Notes under the pieces: model-generated | Told to the model about the DNA's origin: nothing | Database searches by the model: none | Seen by the model: the letters and a program-made list of their open reading frames with translations, nothing else | Translations under genes and position numbers: made by a program | NCBI GenBank assembly: GCA_028278955.1 | Contig: JAPYOC010000073.1 | Coordinates: 1-53,800 of the forward strand | Length of the DNA: 53,800 nucleotides | Source of the DNA: Candidatus Poriferisocius aerobius | GTDB lineage: Bacteria > Actinomycetota > Acidimicrobiia > Acidimicrobiales > Bin134 | Direction: 5' to 3' | Part shown: piece by piece, positions 19,966-28,704 of the stretch | Layout: each line of letters opens with the position of its first letter | Position numbering within the stretch: the first letter of the stretch is position 1

Positions 19966-20868
19966 TCAGTCTCCATCGCCCGGCCGGAAGTGCGGTGTCT
20001 GGCGGTGCTCGCGAGTCGAGCGGAGGATGTCCTCCTCCTCTTCAAGCAGCTTCTCGAATTCTGGGTCGGCTTCTTTGATTAGGGGGGCGGGCTCTTCGGT
20101 CTCGTCGGCACGTTCAATCTCGCCTTGTCGCCTTGGCGCCGCCGACGATACCACCGCCCGGGGCTTTTGGGTCCCGGAAGCCTCGCCTACGGCCATAGCC
20201 GCCTCCCGGCTGATCTTGTCCTCGGCCTGGGTCTTGTAGGGCAAGATGTCGCCCTTGTAGATCCACACCTTCACCCCGATGCGGCCGTAAGTGGTGTGGG
20301 CTTCCCTGAACCCGTAGTCGATGTCGGCCCGAAGGGTGTGAAGAGGAACCCGGCCCTCGCGGTACCATTCGGTGCGGGCCATCTCGGAGCCGCCCAAACG
20401 GCCCGAGCACTGCACCCGGATGCCAAGGGCGCCGGCTTTCTGAGCGTTTTGCACCGCTCGCTTCATCGCCCGGCGGAAGGCCACTCGATTGGCGAGCTGG
20501 TCGGCGACGCCTTGGGAGATGAGAGCCGCGTCTAGTTCGGGCTGCTTGATCTCTTGGATATTGAGCTGTACCCGGTTGTTGCCGGTTATCTTGGCCAAGC
20601 CGTTGCGGAGCCGGTCGGCTTCGCTGCCCCGCCGCCCGATGACGATGCCGGGCCGAGCGGTGTGGACATCCACCCGGAGCCGATCTCGAGTGCGCTCGAT
20701 CTCGATCCGGCTGATGGCGGCATGGGGCAGCTCCGACATCAGGTAGTCGCGCACTTTCCAGTCCTCGATGATGAAGTCGCCGTATTCCCGCCGGTTGGCG
20801 AACCAGCGCGACTTCCAGTCGGTGGTGATCCCGAGCCGGAACCCGTAAGGATTGATCTTCTGGCCCAT
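19966..20868 (-). CDS. rpsC: 30S ribosomal protein S3 (with C-terminal extension)
   Basis: [23 protein letters not shown]; 300 aa. Confidence 0.95.
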   Translation of the reverse strand: MGQKINPYGFRLGITTDWKSRWFANRREYGDFIIEDWKVRDYLMSELPHAAISRIEIERTRDRLRVDVHTARPGIVIGRRGSEADRLRNGLAKITGNNRVQLNIQEIKQPELDAALISQGVADQLANRVAFRRAMKRAVQNAQKAGALGIRVQCSGRLGGSEMARTEWYREGRVPLHTLRADIDYGFREAHTTYGRIGVKVWIYKGDILPYKTQAEDKISREAAMAVGEASGTQKPRAVVSSAAPRRQGEIERADETEEPAPLIKEADPEFEKLLEEEEDILRSTREHRQTPHFRPGDGD

Positions 20869-21572
20869 CAGGCTTCCTTCTCTTTTTCCTCTTTTTCAAG
20901 CTCTTCTTCATGGCTGTCGCTGCCGTGCCGATCCGCGATCTCGTCGGCTTCATGGCCGTCGCGGCTGTCTTGATCGTCGGCCTCGTCGTTTTCAGCCTCT
21001 GTAGCCCCAGCCTGCTCTGAGGTTTCTTCCCCGTCGCTGCTGGGCGTGGGCTCTTGGTTTTCTGTTTCTTCTGCCGGTTCTTCTGTCGGGACCGCATCGC
21101 GCTCCCGGCTGGCGGCTACTCGCCGCCGCCGAGCTTCGGCGGCAGAGCTGCGCCGACCGGTGCCCTTGAGGGCCAGTCGAGCCTCGATGGCGGTGAGTTC
21201 GTCGTCGGTGTAGCGGGCGACCACCACGGTGATATGGCAGGTCCGCTTGCGGATGCGCGTGGCCCGGCCTCGGGCCCGGGGCCGCCAGCGCTTCAGCGTG
21301 GGGCCCTCGTCGGCGTAGCAGGCGGCCACAAACAGCTCATCGCCGTCGAGCTCGTCATTGTGCTCGGCGTTGGCCACCGCCGAGTCGAGGCATTTGGCGA
21401 TCGTGTTGGAGATGCGCCGCTCTGAGAATTGGAGAATCTCCCGGGCCTCGGTATACGACTTCCCTCGAACCAAATCGAGCACTTCGCGAGCCTTGAAGGC
21501 TGACGAGCGCACATACTTGGCCACCGCTCGGTTTCCCGGCCTGGCCTCGCGGCCCACGGTGACGGCCGCCAT
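20868..21572 (-). CDS. rplV: 50S ribosomal protein L22 with a long acidic C-terminal tail
   Basis: An internal ATG gives [39 protein letters not shown]... The L22 core is followed by a ~110-aa tail rich in D and E. Confidence 0.9.
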   Translation of the reverse strand: MAAVTVGREARPGNRAVAKYVRSSAFKAREVLDLVRGKSYTEAREILQFSERRISNTIAKCLDSAVANAEHNDELDGDELFVAACYADEGPTLKRWRPRARGRATRIRKRTCHITVVVARYTDDELTAIEARLALKGTGRRSSAAEARRRRVAASRERDAVPTEEPAEETENQEPTPSSDGEETSEQAGATEAENDEADDQDSRDGHEADEIADRHGSDSHEEELEKEEKEKEA

Positions 21573-21850
21573 CAGCGACGGGCTCCCCGCTCTTGGCCGG
21601 CATGTGACCGGAATGTGCGAGTGGGGGCGAATTCGCCCAGCTTGTGGCCCACCATCGATTCGGTGATGTACACCGGCACATGCTTGCGCCCGTCGTGGAC
21701 TGCAATGGTATGGCCCACCATGTCGGGGATGATGGTGGAGCGGCGGGACCATGTCCTGATGACTTGCTTGGTGTTCTGGTCGTTGAGCGCATCAACCTTG
21801 CGCAGCAGATGGCCGTCCACGAACGGTCCCTTCTTCAAGCTCCTGGGCAT
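21572..21850 (-). CDS. rpsS: 30S ribosomal protein S19
   Basis: [29 protein letters not shown]. Confidence 0.95.
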   Translation of the reverse strand: MPRSLKKGPFVDGHLLRKVDALNDQNTKQVIRTWSRRSTIIPDMVGHTIAVHDGRKHVPVYITESMVGHKLGEFAPTRTFRSHAGQERGARR

Positions 21851-21861
21851 CTCGGCTCCCC

Positions 21862-22698
21862 CTAGCGACGCCCGCCGCGGGTGCGGCGCCGTCGGACGAT
21901 CATCTGCTGTGACTTCTTCTTCTTGTTTCGGGTGCGGCCCTCGGGCTTGCCCCACGGCGACACCGGGTGGCGCCCGCCCGACGATTTGCCCTCGCCACCG
22001 CCCAAGGGGTGGTCTACTGGATTCATGGCCACGCCCCGGGTCTGCGGCCGCACGCCCTTCCAGCGGGCTCGACCGGCCTTGCCCAGCTTGATGAGCTCGG
22101 CTTCGGCGTTGCCCACCGACCCCACCGTGGCCCGGCAGTCGATAGGCACTCGGCGCATCTCGGTGCTGGGCAGCCGTACAGTGGCGAAGCCTCCCTCTTT
22201 GGCCACCAGCTGGGCGCTGGCACCCGCCGAGCGGGCCATGCGGGCCCCGCCGCCGGGCTTCAACTCCACGGCATGCACCGTCGTGCCCACCGGGATGTAG
22301 CGCAGGGGCAGGGCATTGCCCGGCCTGATCTCCGCGCCGGGCCCGTTTTGCAGAACATCGCCCACGCCGACGCCTTCGGGCGCCAGGATGTAGCGCTTCT
22401 CTCCGTCGTGGAAGTGCAACAGCAGGATGCGGCAGTTGCGATTGGGGTCGTATTCCACCGATGCCACCGTGGCCGGGATGCCGTCTTTGACCCGCTTGAA
22501 GTCAACGAGGCGGTAGCGCTGCTTGTGCCCGCCGCCCCGATGGCGAGCGGTCCGGCGGCCATGGTTATTGCGTCCGCCGGTGCCGGTTTTCTTGGCTACC
22601 AGCGTCCGCTCCGGCTTTGCGGCGGTGATGCCGGAGAAGTCCGACACCGTTTGGAAGCGCTGGCCGGGGCTGGTCGGATTTCGTCTACGCACTGCCAT
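21862..22698 (-). CDS. rplB: 50S ribosomal protein L2
   Basis: Internal ATG at 22698. Motifs: [29 protein letters not shown]. Confidence 0.95.
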   Translation of the reverse strand: MAVRRRNPTSPGQRFQTVSDFSGITAAKPERTLVAKKTGTGGRNNHGRRTARHRGGGHKQRYRLVDFKRVKDGIPATVASVEYDPNRNCRILLLHFHDGEKRYILAPEGVGVGDVLQNGPGAEIRPGNALPLRYIPVGTTVHAVELKPGGGARMARSAGASAQLVAKEGGFATVRLPSTEMRRVPIDCRATVGSVGNAEAELIKLGKAGRARWKGVRPQTRGVAMNPVDHPLGGGEGKSSGGRHPVSPWGKPEGRTRNKKKKSQQMIVRRRRTRGGRR

Positions 22699-22739
22699 GG
22701 TGTGCCTCGCAAGTGGAATACGGCCGGTAGCGGCGGCGC

Positions 22740-23030
22740 TCAGACATCGAACAGCTCGATCTCGTCGCCTTGGGCCAGCGTGACCAACGCCCGCTTGGTG
22801 TCCGGTTTGCGGCCGTAGGAGGGGCTGCGCCGGTTGCGGCGGCGCTTGCCCTTGCGGTTCATGGTGTTGACCTTGAGGACGGTCACATCGAACAACGACT
22901 CGATAGCGTCCCTGATCTCCGGCTTGGAGGCGCGGGGATGAACGTGGAAGGTGTAGACGTTGGCCTCCAAAAGCTCGTAAGACTTCTCGGAGACCACCGG
23001 GGAGAGCACGATGTCGCGGGGATCCTTCAC
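22740..23030 (-). CDS. rplW: 50S ribosomal protein L23
   Basis: The GTG start at 23030 overlaps the rplD stop. The protein reads [18 protein letters not shown]. Confidence 0.9.
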   Translation of the reverse strand: MKDPRDIVLSPVVSEKSYELLEANVYTFHVHPRASKPEIRDAIESLFDVTVLKVNTMNRKGKRRRNRRSPSYGRKPDTKRALVTLAQGDEIELFDV

Positions 23031-23716
23031 GAGTCGTCCCCTTCGCCGCCGGATTCTGGCTCGGCTGGTGCGGTGGAGGGCAGAGTGTCGAGGGTGAACA
23101 CCACCACATCGGACGTCAACACGTCGTAGGCGTTCAGCTCCCCGGGGCTGATGAGATGCACCTCGGAAAGGTTGCCGAAGCTCTTCCACACGTTCTGCTC
23201 GTTGCGTGGCGCCACCAGCAGCACCCGTCCTTTGGCCGGCAAAGCGGCGAGCGCGGCGACTGCGTCCTTGGTGCGGGGGGACTCGAATCGCCAGCGGTCC
23301 ACCACCACCACCTTGCCGTCTCGAGCCCGGTCGGACAGCGCCGATCGAAGGGCCAGGCGGACCATCTTCTTGGGGGTTCTCTGGCGGTAGCTCCGAGGCT
23401 TGGGACCCAGCGCCACGCCCCCTCCCCGCCATTGCGGATTCCGGGTAGAGCCGTGGCGGGCCCGGCCGGTGCCCTTCTGGCGCCACGGCTTTCCGGCCCC
23501 GCCTCTGACCTCGGCTCTGGTCTTGGTGCTCTGGGTTCCCCGCCGTCGGGCGGCAAGCTGGGCAGTGACCACTTGGTGCATGGCGAACACATTGGGCTCG
23601 ATGCCGAACACCTCGGGATCCAAGTCCACTGATCCGGTCTCTGTCCCGGAGGGGTCGCGCACGGTCACGGTATGCATCTGCCGGGCCGGCGCCGCGTCGA
23701 CGGGGAGGGCAGTCAT
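23027..23716 (-). CDS. rplD: 50S ribosomal protein L4
   Basis: [26 protein letters not shown] motif. The ATG at 23716 overlaps the rplC stop. Confidence 0.92.
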   Translation of the reverse strand: MTALPVDAAPARQMHTVTVRDPSGTETGSVDLDPEVFGIEPNVFAMHQVVTAQLAARRRGTQSTKTRAEVRGGAGKPWRQKGTGRARHGSTRNPQWRGGGVALGPKPRSYRQRTPKKMVRLALRSALSDRARDGKVVVVDRWRFESPRTKDAVAALAALPAKGRVLLVAPRNEQNVWKSFGNLSEVHLISPGELNAYDVLTSDVVVFTLDTLPSTAPAEPESGGEGDDS

Positions 23717-24363
23717 GGTCGCCCCGCCCCGTTCTTCACTGCGCTGCGGATCAGCACGGTTGCCCCTCGGCGACCGGGAACCGAGCCCTTGAGCAGGATC
23801 AAATCGTTCTCGACGTCCACCCTCACCACCTGGAGGTTCAGCGTGGTGACCTTCTCGGCCCCAGCCCGGCCTGGCATCTTCTTGCCCCGGAAAATCCTCG
23901 AAGGGGTGGCGCACTGGCCCACGGCGCCGGGTTTGCGATGCACCTTGTGGGCACCGTGGCTGGCTTTTTGACCGCTGAAGTTGTGGCGTTTCATGGTCCC
24001 GGAGAAGCCCTTGCCCTTGCTGACGCCGGTCACGTCCACCCGCTCGCCACCGTCGAACACGTCGGCGCCGATCTCCTGGCCGGTTTCATAGGCGCCCACA
24101 TCGTCGATGCGCAGTTCCACCAACTTGCGGCCGGGGGCGACGCCGGCCTTGTCCAAATGGCCCTGCTCCGGCTGGGTCAGCCGATCGGCGCTCTGGGTTC
24201 CGTAAGTCACCTGAAGGGCGGAATAGCCGTCGGTCTCCGGCCGTTTGACCTGCACAATGCGGCAGGGTTCCACTCGCAGCACGGTCACCGGCACGACGCG
24301 GTCGTCCTCGTCCCACACCTGGGTCATTCCTATCTTTTCGCCGACAATCGCCTTGGCAACCAT
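23713..24363 (-). CDS. rplC: 50S ribosomal protein L3
   Basis: GEKIGMTQVWDEDDRVVPVTV; 216 aa. Confidence 0.95.
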   Translation of the reverse strand: MVAKAIVGEKIGMTQVWDEDDRVVPVTVLRVEPCRIVQVKRPETDGYSALQVTYGTQSADRLTQPEQGHLDKAGVAPGRKLVELRIDDVGAYETGQEIGADVFDGGERVDVTGVSKGKGFSGTMKRHNFSGQKASHGAHKVHRKPGAVGQCATPSRIFRGKKMPGRAGAEKVTTLNLQVVRVDVENDLILLKGSVPGRRGATVLIRSAVKNGAGRP

Positions 24364-24640
24364 CGCGACCCTGCCTTCACGCGAAAGCTCCGCACGGACT
24401 CAGCCCCAGCAAGTGGGCCCGGCCGGCGGAGCGGGCTTCGGTTGTGCCGTCCGGTTCCCGCAGCAGGTTTGCTACTCCCTGCGGGCCTAGACAGACATCG
24501 CTTGACACGAACCGTGCCAGCGGGTGCCGACACGAAGGACGAACAGTAGCGACCGCTCGAGCAATAGCCAAATCCCCGAACGGGCAAAAGGCAAAGATTA
24601 CCGTGAAATCGTGGACGGTGTTTCGTCCGAGGAGGCACCA

Positions 24641-25789
24641 GTGGGGCCGTCACCATCCCAGAAGGTCCCGCCTTGGCTGTTTCGCGCCATCCTGGCCGGT
24701 GCGGCCGCTCTGGGCGGGCTGTACGTCGTGGGATGGCTGATCCGAGAGCTGAGGCCGCTCTTGGTGATCGTGCTGGTGTCGTTCTTCCTGTCTTTCGCGC
24801 TGGAGCCTGCGGTGAACCGCATGGAACAGATGGGCGTTCGCCGGGGCGTGGGCACCGGGCTCGTGTTCTTAGCGCTGCTGGCGGCAGTGGGGCTGTTCCT
24901 GTGGGCCATCGGCACGGTGCTGGCCGATCAGGTGGGCGAGTTTGCCGACGATGCCCCCGGCTACATCAACGATGTCGAGGATTGGGTGGAGGACGCTTTC
25001 GGCATTGAGGTCGACGCTCAAGGGCTGCTAGATGAGTTCCAGGAGGGTGGGGCCGTCGCCAACTTGGCCACCAGACTGGCCGAGAATCTCATCAACCTCG
25101 GTGCCACCGTGCTGCAAGTGCTGTTCCAGATTCTGACCATCGCACTGTTCACCTTCTATCTTGTGGCTGAAGGGCCGAAGCTGCGCCGCAACGTCTGCTC
25201 GTTGCTGTCGCCCGAGCATCAGCGCCAAGTGTTGAGCATTTGGAACCTGGCGATAGACAAGACCGGGGGTTACATCTACAGCCGGTTGATCCTGGCGACG
25301 GCCTCGTTCTTGGTCCACTGGCTGGTTTTCTGGCTGGTCGATGCGCCGTTCCCGGTGCCGATGGCGATGTGGGTGGGCTTGGTGTCGCAGTTCGTACCGG
25401 TGATCGGCACCTACATCGCCGGGGCGTTGCCTGTGCTGATCGGGCTGCTAGATGAGCCGTCGACCGGATTGGCCATCCTGATCTCCATTGTGGTCTATCA
25501 GCAGGTGGAGAACTACCTGCTCCAGCCCAAGGTGACCGCTCACACCATGGAGATCCACGTAACGGTGGCGTTCGGATCAGTGATTGCCGGCAGTCTGCTG
25601 TTGGGGCCGGTGGGAGCGGCGCTGGCCCTTCCCGCTGCTGCCACGGTGCAGGCCTTCTTGTCCAGCTACCTCGAACGCCACGAGGTGGTGCAAGAACTCG
25701 AAGACGCCGAGGCCGCCCAGCACCCTGAGCGCGACCCCATAGGCCAGCGGATCCGCCAAGCGGTGCGCCAGACCTTCACCCCCAAGTAA
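24641..25789 (+). CDS. AI-2E family transporter (PerM/YhhT-like permease)
   Basis: Multi-pass membrane protein with a typical UPF0118 C-terminal region (VYQQVENYLLQPKV). The longest ORF starts at GTG 24524. The GTG at 24641 follows GAGGAGG at good spacing and is preferred. Confidence 0.8.
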   Translation: MGPSPSQKVPPWLFRAILAGAAALGGLYVVGWLIRELRPLLVIVLVSFFLSFALEPAVNRMEQMGVRRGVGTGLVFLALLAAVGLFLWAIGTVLADQVGEFADDAPGYINDVEDWVEDAFGIEVDAQGLLDEFQEGGAVANLATRLAENLINLGATVLQVLFQILTIALFTFYLVAEGPKLRRNVCSLLSPEHQRQVLSIWNLAIDKTGGYIYSRLILATASFLVHWLVFWLVDAPFPVPMAMWVGLVSQFVPVIGTYIAGALPVLIGLLDEPSTGLAILISIVVYQQVENYLLQPKVTAHTMEIHVTVAFGSVIAGSLLLGPVGAALALPAAATVQAFLSSYLERHEVVQELEDAEAAQHPERDPIGQRIRQAVRQTFTPK

Positions 25790-25801
25790 GCAGCGAGGCA
25801 C

Positions 25802-25827
25802 CGTCAGGAGCAGGCGGCGAGGGCGGC
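25802..25827. repeat. left copy of a perfect 26-bp direct repeat (cgtcaggagcaggcggcgagggcggc)
   Basis: Identical to 28168..28193. It lies 13 bp after the permease stop and is a duplicate of the tpx 3' end, including the stop codon. Confidence 0.85.
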
Positions 25828-25842
25828 CACCAGCTCCAAGGG

Positions 25843-26928
25843 CTATAGCCGAATGGCAGGAGCAGGAGCGTCGACTATCCAGTTGTTGGGTTGAGTTGAT
25901 TCGCAGCGAAAGGTGACGCGTCCCGGGTCGACTGACAACCGCTCGAATCGACGAGTTGCCTCTTTGATCGTCTGAGTGACAGCACGTGGCCGTCGTCTTG
26001 GACGAGCAGTGGCGTTGTCGCGAGTGAGCCAAGCCTGTGATGTCAGACCGGCGATTCGAGCGCGGTCGCTGTCTCTGGGGAGATCTGCGTTTCCCTGTTT
26101 GAAGGGTGTGAGTCCAGCGATGGGATAGGGCACGAGAAGGTCATTCCACATGGACTGGTCGTGAGCATCCACGGAGCCATGGTGAGGAATCTTGACGACG
26201 TGAGCCATTTCTGAGGGCCTTCCACTGGAGTTGACGATTGCCCTCCAGCCTCTTGAATCGTCAGATGACCGTTCTAAATCAGCACCAAGTAGGGCGATTG
26301 CCTCCCCTACCCGTATCCAGACCACGACTGATGACGGGTTTCGCTGCGGTCGCGGGACAGCGCGTTTTGGCTGGCCGGGCTCTGCGATGAGTGTGCTGAA
26401 GCCAGAAATAGCATCTGCTATTGACGCGCTGCTCGGGGACAAGGTCCATATCTCACAGTCTGGAGCCAAATTCGTCGACCGTTGGTGGATCCTTGAATCA
26501 GCCGAAGCAAGTTGCGGTGCGCCTCGCCCAGAGTCCCTGAGATGAGTCCAAACGGTCCACATCTCTTTGACACCAGATGAACCTTCAATGAAGGAGTCTG
26601 CGTCCAGTGCGGCGAGCATCATGAACTCGTCTTTCTCGAGCGCAGCCGAATGGATCACTCTGGCCGCTGAGCACCCCTCGACCAGTTCGGAGAAGCCGCG
26701 AATATGGTCGTCGTGCCAATGAGTGGCTACGACCCAGTGCACAGCATCTGTGGCCACTCCCAGTGATTCGAGGTATGCGAGCGCTGCGGGGCGGCCAGCT
26801 TGGGTCACACAGGAGTCGATGATGAGCCATTCGCCGCCGCCGACATGCAGTACGCAGCACTCTCCTCGACCAGGACCGAGGAGAGTTATCTCGATCTCAT
26901 CGTCCCTTGGGGGCTGACGAGTCACCAT
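25843..26928 (-). CDS. MBL-fold metallo-hydrolase, ComEC/Rec2-like beta-lactamase domain (candidate nuclease)
   Basis: Motifs THWHDDH (HxHxDH) and KIPHHGS. The ATG at 26928 overlaps the upstream stop (ATGGTGA). The longest ORF starts at 26991. Confidence 0.75.
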   Translation of the reverse strand: MVTRQPPRDDEIEITLLGPGRGECCVLHVGGGEWLIIDSCVTQAGRPAALAYLESLGVATDAVHWVVATHWHDDHIRGFSELVEGCSAARVIHSAALEKDEFMMLAALDADSFIEGSSGVKEMWTVWTHLRDSGRGAPQLASADSRIHQRSTNLAPDCEIWTLSPSSASIADAISGFSTLIAEPGQPKRAVPRPQRNPSSVVVWIRVGEAIALLGADLERSSDDSRGWRAIVNSSGRPSEMAHVVKIPHHGSVDAHDQSMWNDLLVPYPIAGLTPFKQGNADLPRDSDRARIAGLTSQAWLTRDNATARPRRRPRAVTQTIKEATRRFERLSVDPGRVTFRCESTQPNNWIVDAPAPAIRL

Positions 26929-27467
26929 CCGAAACGGATTCGAAGCTCCTCGGCGCGGTCGGCGGCTCTTCGAAGATCCCTGTCGCTCCAAGAAGGCAGT
27001 CGACGGAACACGAGAACGGATGATCGGCTTCGCTCTCCAGAAGGCTCGGTGCGGTAGCCGACGCTCCAGTAGAAGACTGCCCCTGGCGCCACGAGGGCCA
27101 GATCGCCGCGGCTCACTTCCTCAAGATCGAATTCAGCTACTTCTTCGTCTGAGGTTTCTATCAGGTCGAACAGCCGAGCGATGAAAGTTGAGCCCGTCAC
27201 CTCGGAAACCGTTCCTTGCCACTTTTGGAGGACATGAAAGTGCGGCTGGACCTGAGTGTGACTGGGTAGAGCAACAGGTGGAACAACGGGCAGGGGAGAT
27301 CGACCGCGGCTTATGGCATTTATCTGGTCGCCGCCGGGCGCTGTTTCTGATGTCTCTTCGACAAGCATTGACTGGGCTTGTCGCGGGATGCTGTATGCAG
27401 GGGTCGATGCTGCTTCGTGGCATGAACTGCTCTCATGGAGAAGCCTGAGGCTGCAAGTTGCCGTCAT
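26922..27467 (-). CDS. hypothetical protein (181 aa: low-complexity N-terminal half, conserved-looking C-terminal ~100 aa)
   Basis: The ATG at 27467 overlaps the upstream stop (ATGA), and its own stop overlaps the MBL start. I recognise no motif. Confidence 0.5.
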   Translation of the reverse strand: MTATCSLRLLHESSSCHEAASTPAYSIPRQAQSMLVEETSETAPGGDQINAISRGRSPLPVVPPVALPSHTQVQPHFHVLQKWQGTVSEVTGSTFIARLFDLIETSDEEVAEFDLEEVSRGDLALVAPGAVFYWSVGYRTEPSGERSRSSVLVFRRLPSWSDRDLRRAADRAEELRIRFGW

Positions 27468-28123
27468 CTAATCAGACCCTCCACATGTCCAAGTATTTGA
27501 TTTGCACGCTCTGAGATATTTCTCCATTCAACATTCAACAACTTGCCTATAGCCACTGTAGATATTGACATGTTCTCTTGAGATAAACTGAAGTGGTCGT
27601 TAACTTCACAGAGTACATTTTTTCCTCCGTCCAATATCGGTTCAACCTTTACTCGTATATATCCATCATGACCATCGGTTCGCTCACCCTGTTCTTCGAC
27701 CCGTACCATGTCGGGTCTTTGCAGTACCGCAGTCCACTTTTCGGCGGGCACGAGTTCCCGACCTAGCTGGTTGAACTGGTCTTTTGACTCATACTCGAGG
27801 ACTAGATCGTGATTAATACCAAGGGCCCGAGTGGGGATGTGTCTGAGTAAATCGAGTGTGCCAATGAGCAAGTCTCTTGTTGCCTCGTAATGGGATTCCC
27901 GTTTTGAGTGAAGAGCAAGGCGGTCGCGAGTCACTTGCAAACGGAGCCAGTCCAACTGAAATATCGCTACCTCAGAATGGATGATCTCAATCTTGTCGAC
28001 GTCAACTTCCTCATGTCGGATTAAATCTTCTTGGGCAAACCATGAAGGATGAAAGATCGAAGGGTTGAACGCACCGAGGACCACGAGAGAGATCTCGCGC
28101 TGGATTTGCTGTGGCCTAGCCAT
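27464..28123 (-). CDS. hypothetical protein (219 aa), AT-rich foreign gene
   Basis: ATG at 28123 with a GAGGG Shine-Dalgarno sequence 4 nt upstream. It is a clean 219-aa ORF in sequence of ~40% G+C (hand count 38-40% over 27481-27600). I recognise no catalytic motif. Confidence 0.6.
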   Translation of the reverse strand: MARPQQIQREISLVVLGAFNPSIFHPSWFAQEDLIRHEEVDVDKIEIIHSEVAIFQLDWLRLQVTRDRLALHSKRESHYEATRDLLIGTLDLLRHIPTRALGINHDLVLEYESKDQFNQLGRELVPAEKWTAVLQRPDMVRVEEQGERTDGHDGYIRVKVEPILDGGKNVLCEVNDHFSLSQENMSISTVAIGKLLNVEWRNISERANQILGHVEGLIR

Positions 28124-28167
28124 CAGACCCTCAATCTTAGGTCCTTGACTGCCGGTCAGCCAGGGTG

Positions 28168-28193
28168 CGTCAGGAGCAGGCGGCGAGGGCGGC
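28168..28193. repeat. right copy of the perfect 26-bp direct repeat, inside the 3' end of tpx
   Basis: Identical to 25802..25827. On the minus strand it encodes ..AALAACS plus the stop. Confidence 0.85.
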
Positions 28194-28670
28194 GTCGTAG
28201 TCGGGCTCGTCGGCGATGGCGCCCACCAGCTCGGAGTGGGCCACGGTGCCGTCGGGGGCGATGACCACCACGGCTCGGGCGGTGAGACCGGACAGGGGGC
28301 CGTCGACCATCTCTACGCCGTAGTCGCTGAGGAACTCCCGGTTGCGGAAGATGGAGCCGATGGTCACGTTCTCGATCCCCTCCGCGCCGCAGAAGCGGGC
28401 GCCGGCGAAGGGCAGGTCCAACGAGGCGCAGATCACGGTGGTGTTGTCGAGGTTGGCGGCCCGCTCGTTGAAGGCTCGCACGCTGGTGGCGCACACCCCG
28501 GTGTCGATGCTGGGGAAGATGTTGAGTACCACGCTGCGCCCGGCCAAGCCCTCCAGTGTGACGGGGGATAGGTCGCCGCCGGTGAGGGTGAAGGCCGGCG
28601 CGGTCGTTCCCGCCGCGGGCAAATCACCGCTGGTGTTGATGGCTATGTCTTTGAATTTGGTCTGGCCCAT
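28170..28670 (-). CDS. tpx: thiol peroxidase (atypical 2-Cys peroxiredoxin Tpx)
   Basis: An internal ATG of ORF 28170..29039 gives MGQTKFKD..LNIFPSIDTGVCATS..SLDLPFAGARFCGAEG; 166 aa. Confidence 0.9.
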   Translation of the reverse strand: MGQTKFKDIAINTSGDLPAAGTTAPAFTLTGGDLSPVTLEGLAGRSVVLNIFPSIDTGVCATSVRAFNERAANLDNTTVICASLDLPFAGARFCGAEGIENVTIGSIFRNREFLSDYGVEMVDGPLSGLTARAVVVIAPDGTVAHSELVGAIADEPDYDAALAACS

Positions 28671-28704
28671 AGCCGTTTTGTAGCACCCCAGCCGCCGGGA
28701 TTCG

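Larger units (their letters stand above)
25802..28193 (-). mobile_element. putative integrated gene cassette (no recombinase) bounded by 26-bp direct repeats
   Basis: The direct repeats lie 2366 bp apart. The interior has much lower G+C than the flanks and holds three overlapping genes. Insertion regenerated the tpx 3' end. Confidence 0.55.

Noticed and set aside
15299-23914. Long 5' extensions of ribosomal-protein ORFs (for example 15299..16105, 15490..16350, 20868..21752, 21862..23109, 22740..23486, 23027..23914)
   Set aside because: The extensions overlap the upstream conserved gene in another frame. Internal starts give canonical protein lengths and classic 1-4 nt stop/start overlaps.
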